From Felis catus (Eukaryota): a stretch of 64,000 nt of DNA. The notes below the pieces were generated by a model. That model was not told the DNA's origin. It ran no database searches and was given only the letters and a program-made list of their open reading frames with translations. The position numbers and the translations under genes are program-made. The stretch covers positions 75,642,001-75,706,000 of the forward strand of contig NC_058368.1 in the NCBI RefSeq assembly GCF_018350175.1, given 5' to 3'. Position 1 is the first letter of the stretch; each line of letters starts with the position of its first letter. This document shows, piece by piece, positions 37,139 to 50,147 of the stretch.

Positions 37139-37315
37139 AGGGAGGTGGGGGGATGGGCAAAATAGGTGAAAGAGATGAAGAGTGTACTTATAAGAATGAA
37201 AAACGAAAAATGAATGTACAGAATTACTGAATCTCTATATAGCACACCTGAAACTATTATAATAACACTGTATGTTAACTGTACTGGAATTAAAATAAAA
37301 CCTTAATTTTAAAAA
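37139..37315 (+). mobile_element. Carnivore L1 3' end
   Basis: 'gggaggtgggggatgggcaaaataggtgaa...cacctgaaacta...acactgtatgttaactgtactggaattaaaataaaa'. Confidence 0.85.
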
Positions 37316-37464
37316 GTTGGTTTTTTAATTTGGAAATGGTGGTTTGGAAATAGTTTGGAAATTAAGTTGGAAATTGTGGTTTCCACGTTTAATCCCATTA
37401 GTAAATGTAAGTTCATTTTAGTCTAAAGGAAAATGGCTGATAGACAAAGAAACACACTCGCAGT

Positions 37465-37515
37465 CACACACACATACACACACACACACACTCAGAGAGA
37501 GAGACTGAGAGAGAG
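37465..37515. repeat. (CA)n(GA)n compound microsatellite
   Basis: Directly visible. Confidence 0.85.
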
Positions 37516-38020
37516 GCTTTGAGATAGCAATCGAGGGAGACACTCAAAGGAATATACATGTATTTCACTGGATTTTGGTAAGTAAATGAACAGTGTTAAT
37601 TATTTTTGTAGGGTTGTACTTATGTTTATACTTTAATACTAAAATACCATCATGATAATGAACTTGACGATAAATAGTCCTCATGTTTTTAGCGACTAAT
37701 TTCTAATTACAATGCATGTCTAATATTTTTATTGAGATATACTTTGGAAAAATATTTGACTTTTTAGAGTACCAGTACATTCTTGGTGATGCATTTAATA
37801 AAAGTGTGTTGAAATCAAATAATACTAAAGAAAGTATAAAGATTATGTTTTATTAGAAATGATATTTGGCACTTAGACCAAAATTTCCTAGGGTTATTTA
37901 ACAGAATCCTATATTGTTTCAATATTTATTTCTCTGAGCCCCATTTTCTACATCACTAGCATGAAATAACTGCATTTTGATCCCCACAATCTTTTTCTCC
38001 TGCAGTGCATGATAATTATG

Positions 38021-38054
<34 letters not shown>

Positions 38055-38058
38055 TATA
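38021..38058. repeat. (TA)n microsatellite
   Basis: Directly visible. Confidence 0.9.
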
Positions 38059-38420
38059 CCTCATCTCTCTTCCCAATACCTCCCTTTCTCTCTCTCTTTT
38101 TCTCTCCATACTCAAGTTCAGTCATATTTTTAGTCATATTCCTATAAATCACAATTATCCCAAAAGAAAAAATAATCCAAAATTAAAATTTCCATTATGT
38201 AAAGAAATAAGAAGAACACACAGAGAGAAATATCTTTCTTTCTAGAAGAAGCCTTTGAACCAATAAAAATATTCTGTAATAGAATATTACACTCTTGTAA
38301 AGAAGGAAAATTATCCCTTTATACACAAAGAATTGGTTCATTTACTACCCATAATACTGGTCTTGATTTCGGAAACCAAAGCAAACAATGCACATTACAT
38401 TTTAAACGTTATTAAAATTT

Positions 38421-38615
38421 GAGGTGCCTGGGTGGCTCAGTCTGTTAAGAGTCAAACTCTTGAGTTTGGCTCAGGTCATGATCTCCCAGTAGTGAGACCA
38501 AGCCCTACACTGGGATTCACACTGAGCATGGAGCCTGCGTAAGATTCTCTTTCCCTCTCCCTCTGCCCCTCCCCTGCTCATGTGCTCTCTCTCTCTCTCT
38601 CTCTCAAAAAAAAAA
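38421..38615 (+). mobile_element. CAN-SINE (older)
   Basis: Head, CT tract and poly-A, with flanks tt(a/g)ttaaaattt. Confidence 0.93.
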
Positions 38616-39553
38616 AGTTGTTAAAATTTAAACAATAAGATATTCAGTTGGAGGAATAATGAGCAATTATCTTAAAAGTAATGTCATGTCATTCTAGAAT
38701 TTTTATAGCTTAAGACTATCATTCAAATTCAGTAAGTTGATGGTGTGTCAGTCATAGAGTCCATATGTGAAGGCACTTTGGGCATGTGTTTTGTATTCTT
38801 CTTCAAACAGAAGTTAATATAATATGATTTTATTCAGAGCATAATTTTGCATCAGTGATTCAAAGAGATGTATGTCCATAACGCTGGTAAAATATTTCGT
38901 TTCATTTATTATTTCAGTGAATAATGAATCAAATGCAGTGAGAGAATATTTAGGATATCTCATCAGCATGGAGATTCGTTTCTATTATTCTAATATATAT
39001 AATACATGTAGTTTATAATAACATATATATTTACATAATAAATATCCCATTATTAACTATTAGGGGTGTTGAATGATTTCAATAATCCTTCTTTTGTCCC
39101 TTATGCCTAATTTAAATGTATACTTTTTTCAAAATACTTTTGCTATAATAGTATCTTGCTTAGTATTAAATTTGTATACAATTTTGGATGAATTTACTGC
39201 AACCTGGAGCTGGCTGCTGGCTAGGTTTAGAGAGAGGGCAGGTAACAGAAAATCAGAACCAATATAACTAGGGTGCATATGGATTAAACAAACATGACTG
39301 CCATTAAGACCCTGTGCTAATCAGTCAACCAGCCTTCGGGTAAAATGCTAACAGAAATCCCATATGAATTCTCTGCTTTCAGTGGTGATTTCTTCTACTT
39401 TTGAAATCACCTCATCTTGCTGTTAGTAAACTAGCTGCTTATACTACAGTCATAAGCTTCCAAAAGGATGGCTTGTCCAGGAGAGGAACAAGATGAACAA
39501 ATCTTTCATCTCTATTTTCTGATTACTTACTATTTTAAAAAGTCAAAGTTCTT

Positions 39554-39785
39554 GGGGCATTGGGGTGGGTCAGTCCATTAAGCGTCAGACCCCTGACTTC
39601 AGCTCAGGTCATGATCTCATGGTTCTTGAGATGGAGTCCCACATGGGGCTTTGCGTTGACAGCCAAGGCTTTGTGTTGGAGCCTGCTTGGGATTCTCTCT
39701 CTCCTCCCTCTGTTCCTCCCCCAGCAGCACATGTGCATGTTCTCTCTCTCTCTCTCTCTCAAAATAAATAAATATTAAAAAAAAA
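39554..39785 (+). mobile_element. CAN-SINE (older), small internal duplication ggctttg(c/t)gttg
   Basis: SINE body, CT tract and A tail. Confidence 0.9.
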
Positions 39786-41384
39786 TAGATCTCATTTCCA
39801 CTAAAACAAATCATAGTTCTTAATCATAACTTTAAAAGAAACCCCATGATACAAATATTGTAAAAACCAGTGAGGTGGGGCTTTTTGTCAGGAAGGAGTA
39901 AACACGTTCAACTTTTTGGGAAAGTATTTTGACAAGGCCAAGGAATAGCCTTACACGTGTCTACAAATTTAATCTTTTCTTTCCATTTCATGGTTTTAGT
40001 CCAAGAAACTCTGAGAAATAGATGTGAGAAAGCAGAGGCAACAAGTTGGAGAGAGCAATTAGAAGCCATTCAATTTTCCGAGTAAGATCAGCGTTTGCCC
40101 TGTTGATTTCAATTGCTCTTAAAGGGGACAGGGATTATTTTCCCTGTCACTGATTTAGTATTTACTACATTAGTAGAAAAATGACAATCTTCGTAATTTA
40201 CCTTAAAAAAATAAAATATAACGATTGTCTCCAAAACCTAGTTTTAGGGGACAGACCTTGAGCTTGAGGACACAAATGTCATCACGGTTTTTCCTTTCCG
40301 TTCTTTGATTTTGCTGAATAATAAATGCCGTGGCTTCTATGTCCTTCTGATCAAAACCATGTTTGATACACTCTCTGAAAATGAAAACATTTAATAAATA
40401 TCAAACTTTTATGCTTCAATATTCTTTGTGGAAGTACTTAAGCATTTTGAAGTATTAATCTTGGAAGAGAGAGAAGAAATCCTGGCAACTAATTTTCTTT
40501 CAAGGTTATATATTCTTTAATTATCACTTGTCTACAGGAAATAGATCTTATTTAGGGCTCCGAAGTGCACATTCAAGCTGCTGACTCCTTTTGAGAAGTC
40601 GGCAAGGTATCTCCAAAAATTCAAAGGTAGAAATTGGATTCGTTTTATTTTATATATTGTATGAATATGACCATGAGATGCTATGTGTATTCATTCATAA
40701 GAGGGAAAGGAGTAGCTTGATTTAGGTTAGACCCTGTGTTGGATAGACTCTTCTTTCTGGATAGAGAAGGGTTTCGGGGAGGAAAGCGACGTTAAATAGG
40801 CCTTCGCTTGACATGTGATGTTTAACCTGTGATTCAAAAACTAGAGGCTGATGTGGTCTTCTGTGTTTGGGGAATATGAGAATCAATAAAATGAACGTGG
40901 TCCTCCATTGTCTTCTGAATGCACCCTTTCTTTTCTGTCTGTCCCACCGTTGACTTGATGGAGGCTCTCATCAGCTTTCCCTGCCCTAACAGAATGGTCT
41001 CCTAACTGAAGTTCTCACAGCCATTTTCTCTCTCTTCAAGACACGCCCCGCCTCAGAGTTGTCTCTGCTGTTTTGCCGTTTCTAAAACATGGACAAATCC
41101 ACTATGTCCCAGAGAACTGAAGTCGCATGCTCTCTTTGCCTAAACATATTTATCCAAAGAAAAGTTGGCTCCCCAAGGTAAGTGGCCCCTGGGGTACTGA
41201 GAGTTTCTATTGTATAGAAGCACACTTGACCAATGCAGAAACTACATGAGGACCAGACACATAGCAATGATCTCATGTGGTTAGACTAAGCGGAAACAAC
41301 GTCCCGTTTGTTGGAGGGTGACAGGTAGCAATCTTTTTTCTCAAAAAACTCGAAGATCACTAACACTTCCGCGGGCATTATTAA

Positions 41385-41870
41385 CAAAGCCAGCCAACAT
41401 TCACTGAGCACTGCATATTGCTATTTCAACTAATTCGATGTGCTATTTCAATTAATGCTGACAATAATCTCAGGAGGTAGGTGCCACTATTCACCCCAAT
41501 TAAGAAACAAGGAAACTGAGGGGCGCCTGGGTGGCTCAGTCGGTTAAGCGTCCGACTTTGGCTCAGGTCACGATCTCGCGGTCCGTGAGTTCGAGCCCCA
41601 CGTCAGGCTCTGGGCTGATGGCTCAGAGCCTGGAGCCTGCTTCCGATTCTGTGTCTCCCTCTCTCTCTGCCCCTCCTCCACTCATGCTCTGTCTCTCTCT
41701 GTCCCCAAAATAAATAAACGTTAAAAAAATTAAAAAAAAAAAAACAAAGAAACAAGGAAACTTAGACACAAACGCAAGAGTCTTTCCTCCTAGACAATCA
41801 AGTGAATGTTGCAACCAGGATATGACGTGAAAAAGTCTGTCCCCAGATCTGAAGCCTCACCTCCCAATCT
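41385..41870. mobile_element. MIR split by a SINE
   Basis: 'aacattcactgagcact...acaataatctcaggaggtaggt...attcacccca...ggaaactgag' continues after the SINE. Confidence 0.55.
41520..41746 (+). mobile_element. SINEC_Fc-type SINE
   Basis: TSD AAGAAACAAGGAAACT at 41502-41517 and 41747-41762. Confidence 0.97.
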
Positions 41871-41904
41871 GTCTTCTAGATTCAACCTAGTCTGTAGCAC
41901 TTCT

Positions 41905-42030
41905 ACCTTCTTTCCTTCCCCTTTCCTCCTTCCTACTTTCCTTCTCCCCTTCGTTCTTTCCCCTCTCCCTTCCTTCCTCCTCCCTTCCTTCCTTCCTTCC
42001 TTCCTTCCTTCCTTCCTTCCTTCCATTTCT
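41905..42030. repeat. (CCTT)n / pyrimidine-rich tract
   Basis: Directly visible. Confidence 0.9.
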
Positions 42031-42359
42031 TCCCATAACCCACAGCCAACCAACCCTGGCAACTCCAAGTGCAGGGCTGAGTGCATGACAAAGAAAGTAC
42101 TTGACTCATTCACCAGACCTGACTCCAATATACACAGGCTGTGCTCTGGCTTAAAGCAGAATCCACAGCTTCAGCATGTTCTAGCCATAAATATGGGAGA
42201 TAGTTTGGCCAATAGGATGACAAAGAAGCATTCTGGGAAAGAAGAAAGCTCACCCTTGGGGATTTGAATCCATCAACCCACCCGTGAGTCTTTTACTTGC
42301 TAGCCTATTAAGCTTACTTATTAGCAAATATTTAAATGAGTGTGTCAGGCTTCAGCCAC

Positions 42360-43095
42360 TTCTAGACAAACTATGCTTATTTATACGTGGGTAATTTGGC
42401 AAACGCTTTCTGGGAGATGAGCAAAATAAGCCTGTTACTTCAATAAAAATAACTTGCAGTATGGTTGAAGGATGATAAAGTTTGAACTTAGAAGCAAAAA
42501 TTAAAATTTGGAAAATTTGTCTCTGCCGTCACGAGTTTGACAAATTCCCTGCACTTAAAGACTCTTCTGCTCAGTCAGTGGTGATAGTAACAAATGTGTG
42601 TTTTTTTTTAATTGTATAATGAAATGTGTCAACATTTGGAGGATGTGAATAATTGAGTGCACTAATACTTTCCAAATGACCAATGCATAATTAGTAAAAC
42701 ATGCATGGATAAAAGATTCATTCAAAGTGACAGACAGATCAATGGAATTTAATGTATCATCATATGAAGCATTTATTATGGTTTTAGTTGCAACTAACGT
42801 TTAAAAAAAAAACCCACCATGTTTTAACATCAAAGAAAAATATCCCCAATGATTTGAAATGGCCACTAAACTACGATAGGTCGTTTGAATCTGGATTTTC
42901 ATCATATAATTCAATCAAAACGCAGATTGAATGTGAAACAAATGTGAGCACGCAGCTAGCTTCAGTGAAGCCGAACATGAAAGAGATTTGCAAATATGGA
43001 GGGCAACTCCACCCTCCTCCTTATTCATAGTTATTTTCATGAAAATACTACATTGATTATAATACCTGATGGCTTTATCATCCTTTTATATTAAT
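42360..43095 (+). mobile_element. Charlie1-like hAT transposase remnant
   Basis: 'tgtataatgaaatgtgtcaacatttggagg...tttccaaatgaccaatgcat...aaagattcattcaaagtg...gatcaatggaatttaatgta'. Homologous to 1545-2845. Confidence 0.85.
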
Positions 43096-43737
43096 TTATA
43101 GACATTTATATTTTCTACTTTCTAATTTTCTAATTTTTAACTTCTCATAAGGAAACGAACTATCTGTGGGGTTGGGTGTCTTTGGGTTTTGAGAATGTAA
43201 TGAGTTCCAACCTCCAGAATTGAGAATACAACTTTCTGAAGTTCGTAAGAGAGTAAGTTCATAACTTAGTTGTTCCCTATGGTCACCAGGGGACTCTGAC
43301 GGTGCAGACAGCCTGGGGAGGGGTGACAGGCTTGCTGAGAGAAAGAGAGGGAGGAAGAGATAGAGGGGGGCGGAGAGGAGAGATTGTGTTAGCAACCCAT
43401 AGTGATCAAATTAATCCTACAGACCAACACCTTGCCATGTGATCACTCCCACATTCAAAATCCAATCTATTTGGTAATTTTTCTCTAATTTTTAATTTCA
43501 CAATTTATGAAACCTCTTTCCTTTCCAACTTCTTTTTTCTTTTTTCTTTTTTTTTTTTTTTTCATAATGAAATGCAGTCTAATCCTTTCCCACATGGCCA
43601 GCCAACTGGTTCCTGTGGTTTGGTGGCTTCCTCAGTCCTGCCTGAGGAGCACAGAAACTCTGTCCACGCTTTCCTGATGGAACCCTCCTGGGTAACTTTT
43701 TACCTTCTTTCACTAAGTGGGAATATTTAACCTTTCT

Positions 43738-43954
43738 TTTTTTTTTTTTTCCAACGTTTATTTATTTTGGGGACAGAGAGAGACAGAGCATGAACGGGGG
43801 AGGGGCAGAGAGAGAGGGAGACACAGAATCGGAAACAGGCTCCAGGCTCTGAGCCATCAGCCCAGAGCCCGACGCAGGGCTCGAACTCACGGACCGCGAG
43901 ATCGTGACCTGGCTGAAGTAGGACGCTTAACCGACTGCACCACCCAGGCGCCCC
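43738..43954 (-). mobile_element. Young SINEC_Fc-type SINE
   Basis: TSD GAATATTTAACCTTTCT at 43721-43737 and 43956-43972. Confidence 0.97.
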
Positions 43955-44459
43955 TGAATATTTAACCTTTCTAAGTGATTCAGGTTTCTCTCGCACCTTT
44001 GGGGGGCTATCTTATTTCCTCTTTGTCTCTGTATCCTATTTATTCTGTAATTTCTTGGTGAATTTTGAAAAAACCGCGGAAGAAACAGGTTTTGAGACTG
44101 ACATGGATTTTCTGCAGACGTGTTGAGACTTTGCGACGTGTGTAATCCAGGCTCTTTTATTTTTCAGATGCAAACACCACAGCTGGGAGAAGCTCCGTGA
44201 TTGGGATCGTGTGACATATGGGTAACAAGGCAGTGTCACCGCCACTGCGCAGGGCCCCATCTCTTCAGGCAGGGTGTTTTCCCTGTGCCCCTTCTCTGGG
44301 GGTGGGCTCCTGGATTGCCTTAGTTCAAGGCTGTGTCCTTTCTCCACCCGTGGAAGGGACTCTCTCGTTATTAGTGCAGTGACTCGATTGTCCTGCAGGC
44401 ACAGTAAACTTGCTCTGAGCTATAGCTTCTACAGCTTATACTTTAAAAAGAAAAAAAAA

Positions 44460-44584
44460 TTCTTTTAAGTTTAATTTTGAGAGACAGAGCGAGCCCGATG
44501 AGGGGCTCAAACCCATGAACTCCGAGAGCATCACTTTAACTGAAGTAGTCAGATGCTTAACTGACTGCACCCCCCGGGCGTGCC
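44460..44584 (-). mobile_element. Internally deleted CAN-SINE
   Basis: 'gagacagagc' is joined directly to 'gagcccgatgaggggctcaaaccc'. Confidence 0.8.
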
Positions 44585-45906
44585 TAGACAGCTTCCATTT
44601 CTACAGCTTACCGCGGATAACTTCCAAGTGGGTAAAGTCAGCGACGCAAATGTCTAACTGCAACAATAGTTTTCTTCAAAGATCTGTTTGCCACTGAAGG
44701 CAGATTCGAAATGTCAGTATCTTTATTTGTAGGATACTATACATTAGTGGTGACCGTAAGGAAAGGAGAAAGAGAGCATCACAGCGTTGCAGTTCTCAGA
44801 ATGGCAGAGGATCCAAGAATAGCACCCGTCTTCTCAAAAAGAAAAGAAAAGAAAAGAAAAAAAAAAAAAGATTGGGAGCAGACGGTTAACCAGGTCTGTG
44901 TTAAGAAAGGAAAAAGCAAAGCCCAGTGACAAAATGAGGGTCACTGGTGTAGGGACAGCTTTCCAACAACAGCTCACTGGCAGGGATGCCACGGAGGGAG
45001 AGGGAAGGGGGAGGGGGTGGAGACAGATAGTAGGAGTGCCGGGTGGTGGAGTGGGGGGTTGTAGAGAGAAGGAAGGAAAAGAAAGCTGAGTAAGGGCAGA
45101 GAGCAGAATTGACTCCTGTGATGGCAGACGGTCTCTTAGAATTGCTGGATAGAAGAAGCTCCCTATACTTGCTGGGCAGAATGAGCAAAAATCATGTGAT
45201 CATCAAAGCCAGTCACCAGTGGGAAGGAGATGCTCGCTACCTCTCCCCTGGTGTTTGTAGACTGACATATGGATAAGGGACTGTCAAAGGGAAGTGGGTT
45301 ACCCCTTTTCATGATCCTTCCCAATGCTTCTGTGGAAGTGGATGAGCGTATTGTTGCTCACTGTCTATCCGCTGTCCTGTCCACAGTCTGTTGGAAGCAC
45401 TGACCAGTAGAGGCTTTTTAAGACTTAAGTGTTAAACCTTCCTAGGCCATGCAGAGCAGGCACAGGGCATGGCGTAGAAAAGAAGCATCTGTATTACTCG
45501 GAGAGGGTGTGTGCAGTGGGGACAGGCATGAGCCAGGGTAGGGGCAGAAGCCAGGCTCTGGGTTTCTGTGGGGTAAGAGCGATTTTGCTAATAACTAGTC
45601 TTATGGTAACTCTTAGTAGATTTCCTTGTGAAAAACACTACTGACTCAGATTCCTGTCTCCAGCTTCTGCCAACAAATCAATGGCCCCAGTTCTAGGTCT
45701 GGGAAGAATGAATGACAATTCCCAGGACAAGTCTGATTATTGGAGTTAAGTAGAAAGAAAGCACCAGGGAAGGTAGGTGAAGGAGGACGACTGTGCATCA
45801 GTGCTGAAGCCACTGGACCTCATCCTGGGCAGTCCTATTCTTATATGTGGGTTTGCATTGTGACCTTCAAGGACCTCCATCATCTCAATTATAAAATGGT
45901 ATCAGT

Positions 45907-46358
45907 TGTATTAGTTTCCCTCTGGCTTCCATCACAAACTATGATATGTGGATGATTTGGAATAAAAAAACTTGTTGTCTCACAGCTCTGGAAGCTAGAA
46001 GTCCAAGATCAGGATGTCAGTTCCTTCCGAGAGCAAATCAGTTCCATGCCTCTCCTCTGTGGTTCCTTGTTTCTGGTGACTTTTTGGCAATGTTGGGTGT
46101 CCGTTGGCATGTAAATGCATCATCCGGATCTCTGCCTTCATCTTTACATAGTGTTCTCCCTCTGTGTGTTTTTGCATCCAGATTTCCCCTTCCTGTTAGA
46201 AGAACAATCACATTGGATAACGGGATACCCTCCTCCGGATTGCCTTATCTTAACCAGTTACATCTGCGACGACCCTGTTTCCAAATTAAGTCACATCTGG
46301 AAGTACGGTGGTTAAGACTTCAACACATGAAGGAGAGGCCCCAATTCAACCCGGGATG
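45907..46358 (-). mobile_element. MLT1C-like MaLR solo LTR
   Basis: Starts 'tgtattagtttcc' and contains 'tctcacagctctggaagctagaagtccaagatc' and 'ccctgtttccaaattaagtcacat...aattcaaccc'. Confidence 0.9.
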
Positions 46359-48431
46359 CTAATATGAAAAATAATCTCTCTGAATTTGGTAAGGATGAAA
46401 GTACTTGGCATATAAATGGTCATATAAACAAGGAGGTCAACAAATGAGGTCCATTGTGTGAACATTTATCTGTAAAACAAAGTCAAAGGTACTGACTTCT
46501 GAGTGTTGTCACTAAGATTTAATGTCCCAACGCGTTATACAATACTTCTTAGTGTCTAGCAATCCTTGCCTAAACCGGCATCTGATCCGAAAGTATGAAA
46601 TGAGATTGTTAAAATTCCTAATACATGCTCTCCTAGTAGGTGTGTGCATATTTTGCCTCTGATCTAAGCTACAAACTTCATGTTCCTAACAGGACACTAC
46701 GTTTCACAGTAAAATTAATGTCAGGCTTTACTGGCATGATAGAAATTTCTCTGACTTTTCCTTCTAGGATTGCACGTTTCTCATTAGTGAGCCAAGGACG
46801 TGACACTCCTATGTAGAGGATGCCCTAGGCCAAGCCCAGCATATTTGTAAGCATGCAAAGCCATGTGCACAGGTTTCGGGAGGGATATTTTAATTAAAAG
46901 TATAGATTTATATTTTAGATGGATGAACTGAAAATGTCATGTGTCTCAAAGAGTCTGTCCGCTTTTATTATAATTCTGTTTGCTGATGTGCTGTCGTATG
47001 CCTTTTCCTGATATAAATCCTTTTCCTGATGTAAAAATGTCTGATTTGTAAGCTCATTTAGGTTCTCTTTGATGGCGATTTTGGTCAATGCATTCCATAT
47101 GCTTATTACAAAACGTTTGGAAATGTTATGTCTAAATTCTTTACATATTTGGAAGCATCATTATTTTTGTACCATGGATTGTCAGTTTCATACCCATTGA
47201 AAAAGAAGTCACGTTTTCTTTTCTTCAAAAGAAATTCCTTTTTCTTAATATAATCTGGTATCCACCCCCTCCCCGCAAATACAACCAAAGAAAAGTTTTT
47301 CCCCCCTCTTTAAGGCCTACAAGAGTCTTCTGCTACTAATATTTTTACTATTAAATATAGCTTCTATTGTTTCAAGCTGTATTGAGGAAGTCCATGGTCA
47401 ATGTTCAAAGTGGATTAAGACCAGTATAGAGGGATACAAAAAAGTGAGCTTCAATCTACACAGAGGGGTGGGGAAGCAGGGGGTCAGGGACTGACTTTAA
47501 ATCACACACAGGAACAAGTCTCAATCCCGCACTTAATTCAACATAAACGTAACAGCAGAATGGGTTGGTGTTGGCCACTAACACCACTATCACTAACTCA
47601 AATGGGAATACACTTGGGAAGGATTTTCCCATTTTACGATAAAAGGGGATCTAAAAACATTTTTTTCATCATATGTAGCCAAAGAAAATAATTTGGATTT
47701 TCAGTATTTGTTTTGACATCTTTATATTAATAATAATGTACGTCTGTCATTTTAATTTATTTCTTAAAACTAAGCAATTAGTAGGAGCTTCACACGGCCC
47801 CTCTGTCCACCTTTAAAATACTTCAAGCGAACGTCACATTTAACATAAATAAATCCTAACCAGTTGGGAAATTTCTGTACTTGATAGGAGTTGAAATGAC
47901 CGATAAAATGCCTGGGAAATTGTTTTAAATCACTGAAAGACACCAGGTGTTTCATTAAGGTTAGTTTATAAAGATAAATGTTGTTTAGGTAATTGAGGAA
48001 AGAGACACTGACCTGTTTAGCATACGTACGTTTGATCTTTTTAAAAAAAAAGTCAAAATATGATTGCATAGATAGACAAAATGTACAGCTGGTAACTTCA
48101 TTTATATTTGCAACCCAAGAAGTACGATGTTTAAACATGTGGAGAAATAGACAAAATTCATAACGAAGACTCTCTATTATCACTAAGTGAGAGAATTGCT
48201 CATGTTTTAAAACTAATTTACTTTTTCTGGCGTTTTTACTGACTGCTTCCGTTTGTTTTGGCCTGTGCATATATTTCAGATCGTATTCAAATGGTTTCAG
48301 AACGATAAGTGTAAATAATTGACCTTTTGCTTTTTATCCTGGTCATGCTTCCCCACAGCTTCTATCTATTGGACAGAGGTCTGTAAGCACGAACCATTTC
48401 TCTTGACCACTTCTTGATCATTTCTTTAGAG

Positions 48432-48648
48432 CCTGTGGTTCTCAACACGTGACACTATTGCCCCCTCTGGGGCATTTCGCATTATGGAGACATTTTTGGT
48501 TGTCACTGCTGTGGGAGGATGCTACCGGAATGTCGTGGATACAGGTCAGGGACGCTGCTAAACACCCTACAATGCACAAGACAGAACCCCCTCCCCCCAG
48601 ATAGTTATCTGACCCCAAATGCCAATAGCGTCAAGATTAAGAAAATCT
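48432..48648. mobile_element. MER20 (hAT-Charlie)
   Basis: 'gtggttctcaac...ggagacatttttggttgtcac...ggacgctgctaaacaccctacaatgcaca...ccccaaatgccaatagcg'. Confidence 0.9.
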
Positions 48649-49133
48649 ATAGCAAGTCATTCTAAAATTACATTGCAAATTATTACAATAATGTTGCACT
48701 CCGGTAGCGGCCCCTTGTTCCTACATTTATGCCTATTATCTTCCTAAGCGATTGATTGAGTTTGGCATTTCATAGAGAGTGTGTATCTGAAAAATCCAAA
48801 AAAAAAAAAACCAAAAAATGCTCTAACCAATTGTCTACACAGGTCTGCACCTCAATAAATCAATATTCTATGTATAGCATGAACATGTGTCTTAACTAAC
48901 AATTTTCATTACTGTTTTGTGCTGCTGACATCATCTGCTTTTCTGATCATTATTTTCAACTCTTTCTTGCCCTTGATAATTCGTGACATTATCTCAGAAT
49001 ATGTCACAAAACAGTAGTAGAAATTTTTGTTCATTTCATGGCTGTTTCAACCATTTGGTTTTTTCCCCGATGCGGAATGGTGGACGTATACATGTGAACT
49101 AGGTGAAAAGGCTTAATGGGTGCAGTGGGTTTA

Positions 49134-49255
49134 ACAACTACAATGGTGATGATGATGACGATGGTGACAATGACGACGATGGTGAAAGTAACAACGATGA
49201 GGACGACAATGAAGAGGACAACGATGGCAATGATGACAATGATAATGGTGACAAC
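49134..49255. repeat. Degenerate (GAT/GAC/AAT)n trinucleotide tract
   Basis: Directly visible period-3 low-complexity sequence. Confidence 0.85.
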
Positions 49256-49793
49256 TTAAGCTCTACTACTGTAACTAACATTAATTTTACACATAATAAG
49301 GGACACTCAGAGTGGTGAGAACTTAGCACATTTAAATGTGGGGAGGTTGAAAAATGTCCATTCTGGTCTTCCCGGATTGAAGCTCCTCATGGCCATTTTC
49401 CTTTCAGTCTCACTTACCCCCTTGGGCTGGCCGAGAGTGAGTATTAGGTGAATACTGATAAAGTGAACACACGCTTGATGAATTTCAACTCATTTCAGAG
49501 ACTTGTAGTAAATCAAGTAACCATCTGTTCATTTTATGTGCCACTCATCCGGTTCCACGTAGAGCCCCGGTCAGTCCTATTCACAACTCACTTTACTAAC
49601 ATTGTGCCCGGAACGTGTCAGTCTCTTTAAAAATACTTCTCAATGAAGAAAGGAACAAAAATTTGAACTAATGATCCTACCCATCTACCATTTTAACAAG
49701 AACAGTACACATGAGACTAAAAATGAAGTCATGGGCCAATGCCACAATCCGCGTCCAAGAAGTTCACTTTAAAAAATTGTTTCAGAAGGATAA

Positions 49794-49991
49794 GGGTGCC
49801 TTGGTTCAGTTGGTTGAGCGTCCAACTCTTGGTTTTAGCTCAGGTGATGATCTCACTGTTCATGAGTTCAAGCTCCGTATGGGGCTCTGCGCTGAAGGCA
49901 CAGAGACTGCTTGGGATTCTCTCTCTCCCTCTGTCTCTGCCCCTCCTCCCTGATCAGTCTCTTTCAAAATAAATAAATAAACAAACAAAAA
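49794..49991 (+). mobile_element. CAN-SINE
   Basis: SINE body and A tail, with 'gaaggataa' on both flanks. Confidence 0.92.
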
Positions 49992-50084
49992 GTGTTAATT
50001 GTTTAGGAAGGATAAATGCCATCCATAGAAGACTCATCATGAGCGTGTGGCTGCATACTTTTGGACAATTTTAATTTTCTATGT

Positions 50085-50147
50085 TATCTATGTATCATCT
50101 GTCTATCATTCTATCTATCCATCTATCTATCTATCATCTATCATCTA
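50085..50147. repeat. Degenerate (ATCT)n tetranucleotide
   Basis: Directly visible. Confidence 0.8.

Noticed and set aside
43190..43300. Possible Tigger-like terminal repeat ('gttcgtaag...gttcataact')
   Set aside because: The similarity is too short and degenerate to call without a search.
47770..48270. 166-aa minus-strand ORF in unique DNA
   Set aside because: Its composition (F/L/K/I-rich) is typical of AT-rich non-coding sequence, with no recognisable domain.
49103..49318. Asp/Asn-rich acidic ORF
   Set aside because: It is explained by a degenerate trinucleotide tract that lacks stops in that frame. It has a non-ATG start and no supporting exon context.
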